A stretch of 64,000 nt of DNA from Octopus sinensis (lineage: Eukaryota), in contig NC_043006.1 of assembly GCF_006345805.1 (NCBI RefSeq), forward strand, positions 67,518,001-67,582,000, read 5' to 3'. Numbering within the stretch: the stretch's first letter is position 1; each line of letters begins with the position of its first letter. Made by a program: the position numbers and the translations under genes. Shown here one piece after another: positions 63,700-64,000 of this stretch. The notes under the pieces were generated by a model, which was not told where the DNA came from, ran no database searches, and worked only from the letters and a program-made list of their open reading frames with translations.

Positions 63700-63945
63700 C
63701 ATACAGGTTTGTCCTTTACAGGTGCCAGTTCCACATAAAATGCACTCATGCCAGTGCTGCATAAATGTGCCCATGCTGGTGGCACGTAAAATGCACCCAG
63801 TACACTGTAAAGTGGTTGGTATTAGGAAGAGCATCCAGCCATAGAAACCATGCCAAACAAACAACTGGAATCTGGACAGCTCCTGCCAAACCATCCAACC
63901 CATGCCAGCATGGAAAACGGATGTTAAACGATAATGATTATGATT
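63700..63945 (+). mobile_element. RTE 3'-tail-derived element
   Basis: GGTGGCACGTAAAATGCACCC...CCAACCCATGCCAGCATGGAAAACGGATGTTAAACGAT. Confidence 0.7.
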
Positions 63946-64000
63946 GCACCAAACAACATGCTTAGTGACATTTCTTCTGCTTTGTTTTTTTCGTTTACTT

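Overview
Eukaryotic, AT-rich genomic DNA dense in microsatellites and transposons. The SINE, RTE and Helitron repeat content looks like an octopus (coleoid cephalopod) assembly; this is pattern recognition and not a database result. Almost all ORFs in the supplied track are microsatellite noise. Two host-gene signals were found. (i) The last three coding exons of COASY (dephospho-CoA kinase domain) lie on the minus strand at 63055-62955, 59737-59591 and 50158-50108, with canonical splice sites and phases that match; none is translated in the correct frame in the ORF track. (ii) A large plus-strand exon starting at 19381 encodes an unrecognised low-complexity protein beginning MGSCLCC. Its Val-rich tail in the track is probably an artefact of a 1-nt deletion in an (AGT)n tract. 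The rest is Tx1/L1, RTE, CR1/L2, R4-like and HERO-like LINE fragments, several tRNA-derived SINE families, MITEs, and a Helitron cluster with Pif1-helicase fragments. The observations most worth following up are: an 858-bp TSD-flanked mini-RTE whose endonuclease start is fused in frame to its C-terminus and whose leader is highly structured; Penelope-type minimal hammerhead ribozymes, one inside a tRNA-headed SINE; composite Helitrons present as two inverted copies; and higher-order tandem arrays built from RTE 3'UTRs. No prokaryotic system, CRISPR array or genuine tRNA/rRNA gene was found.
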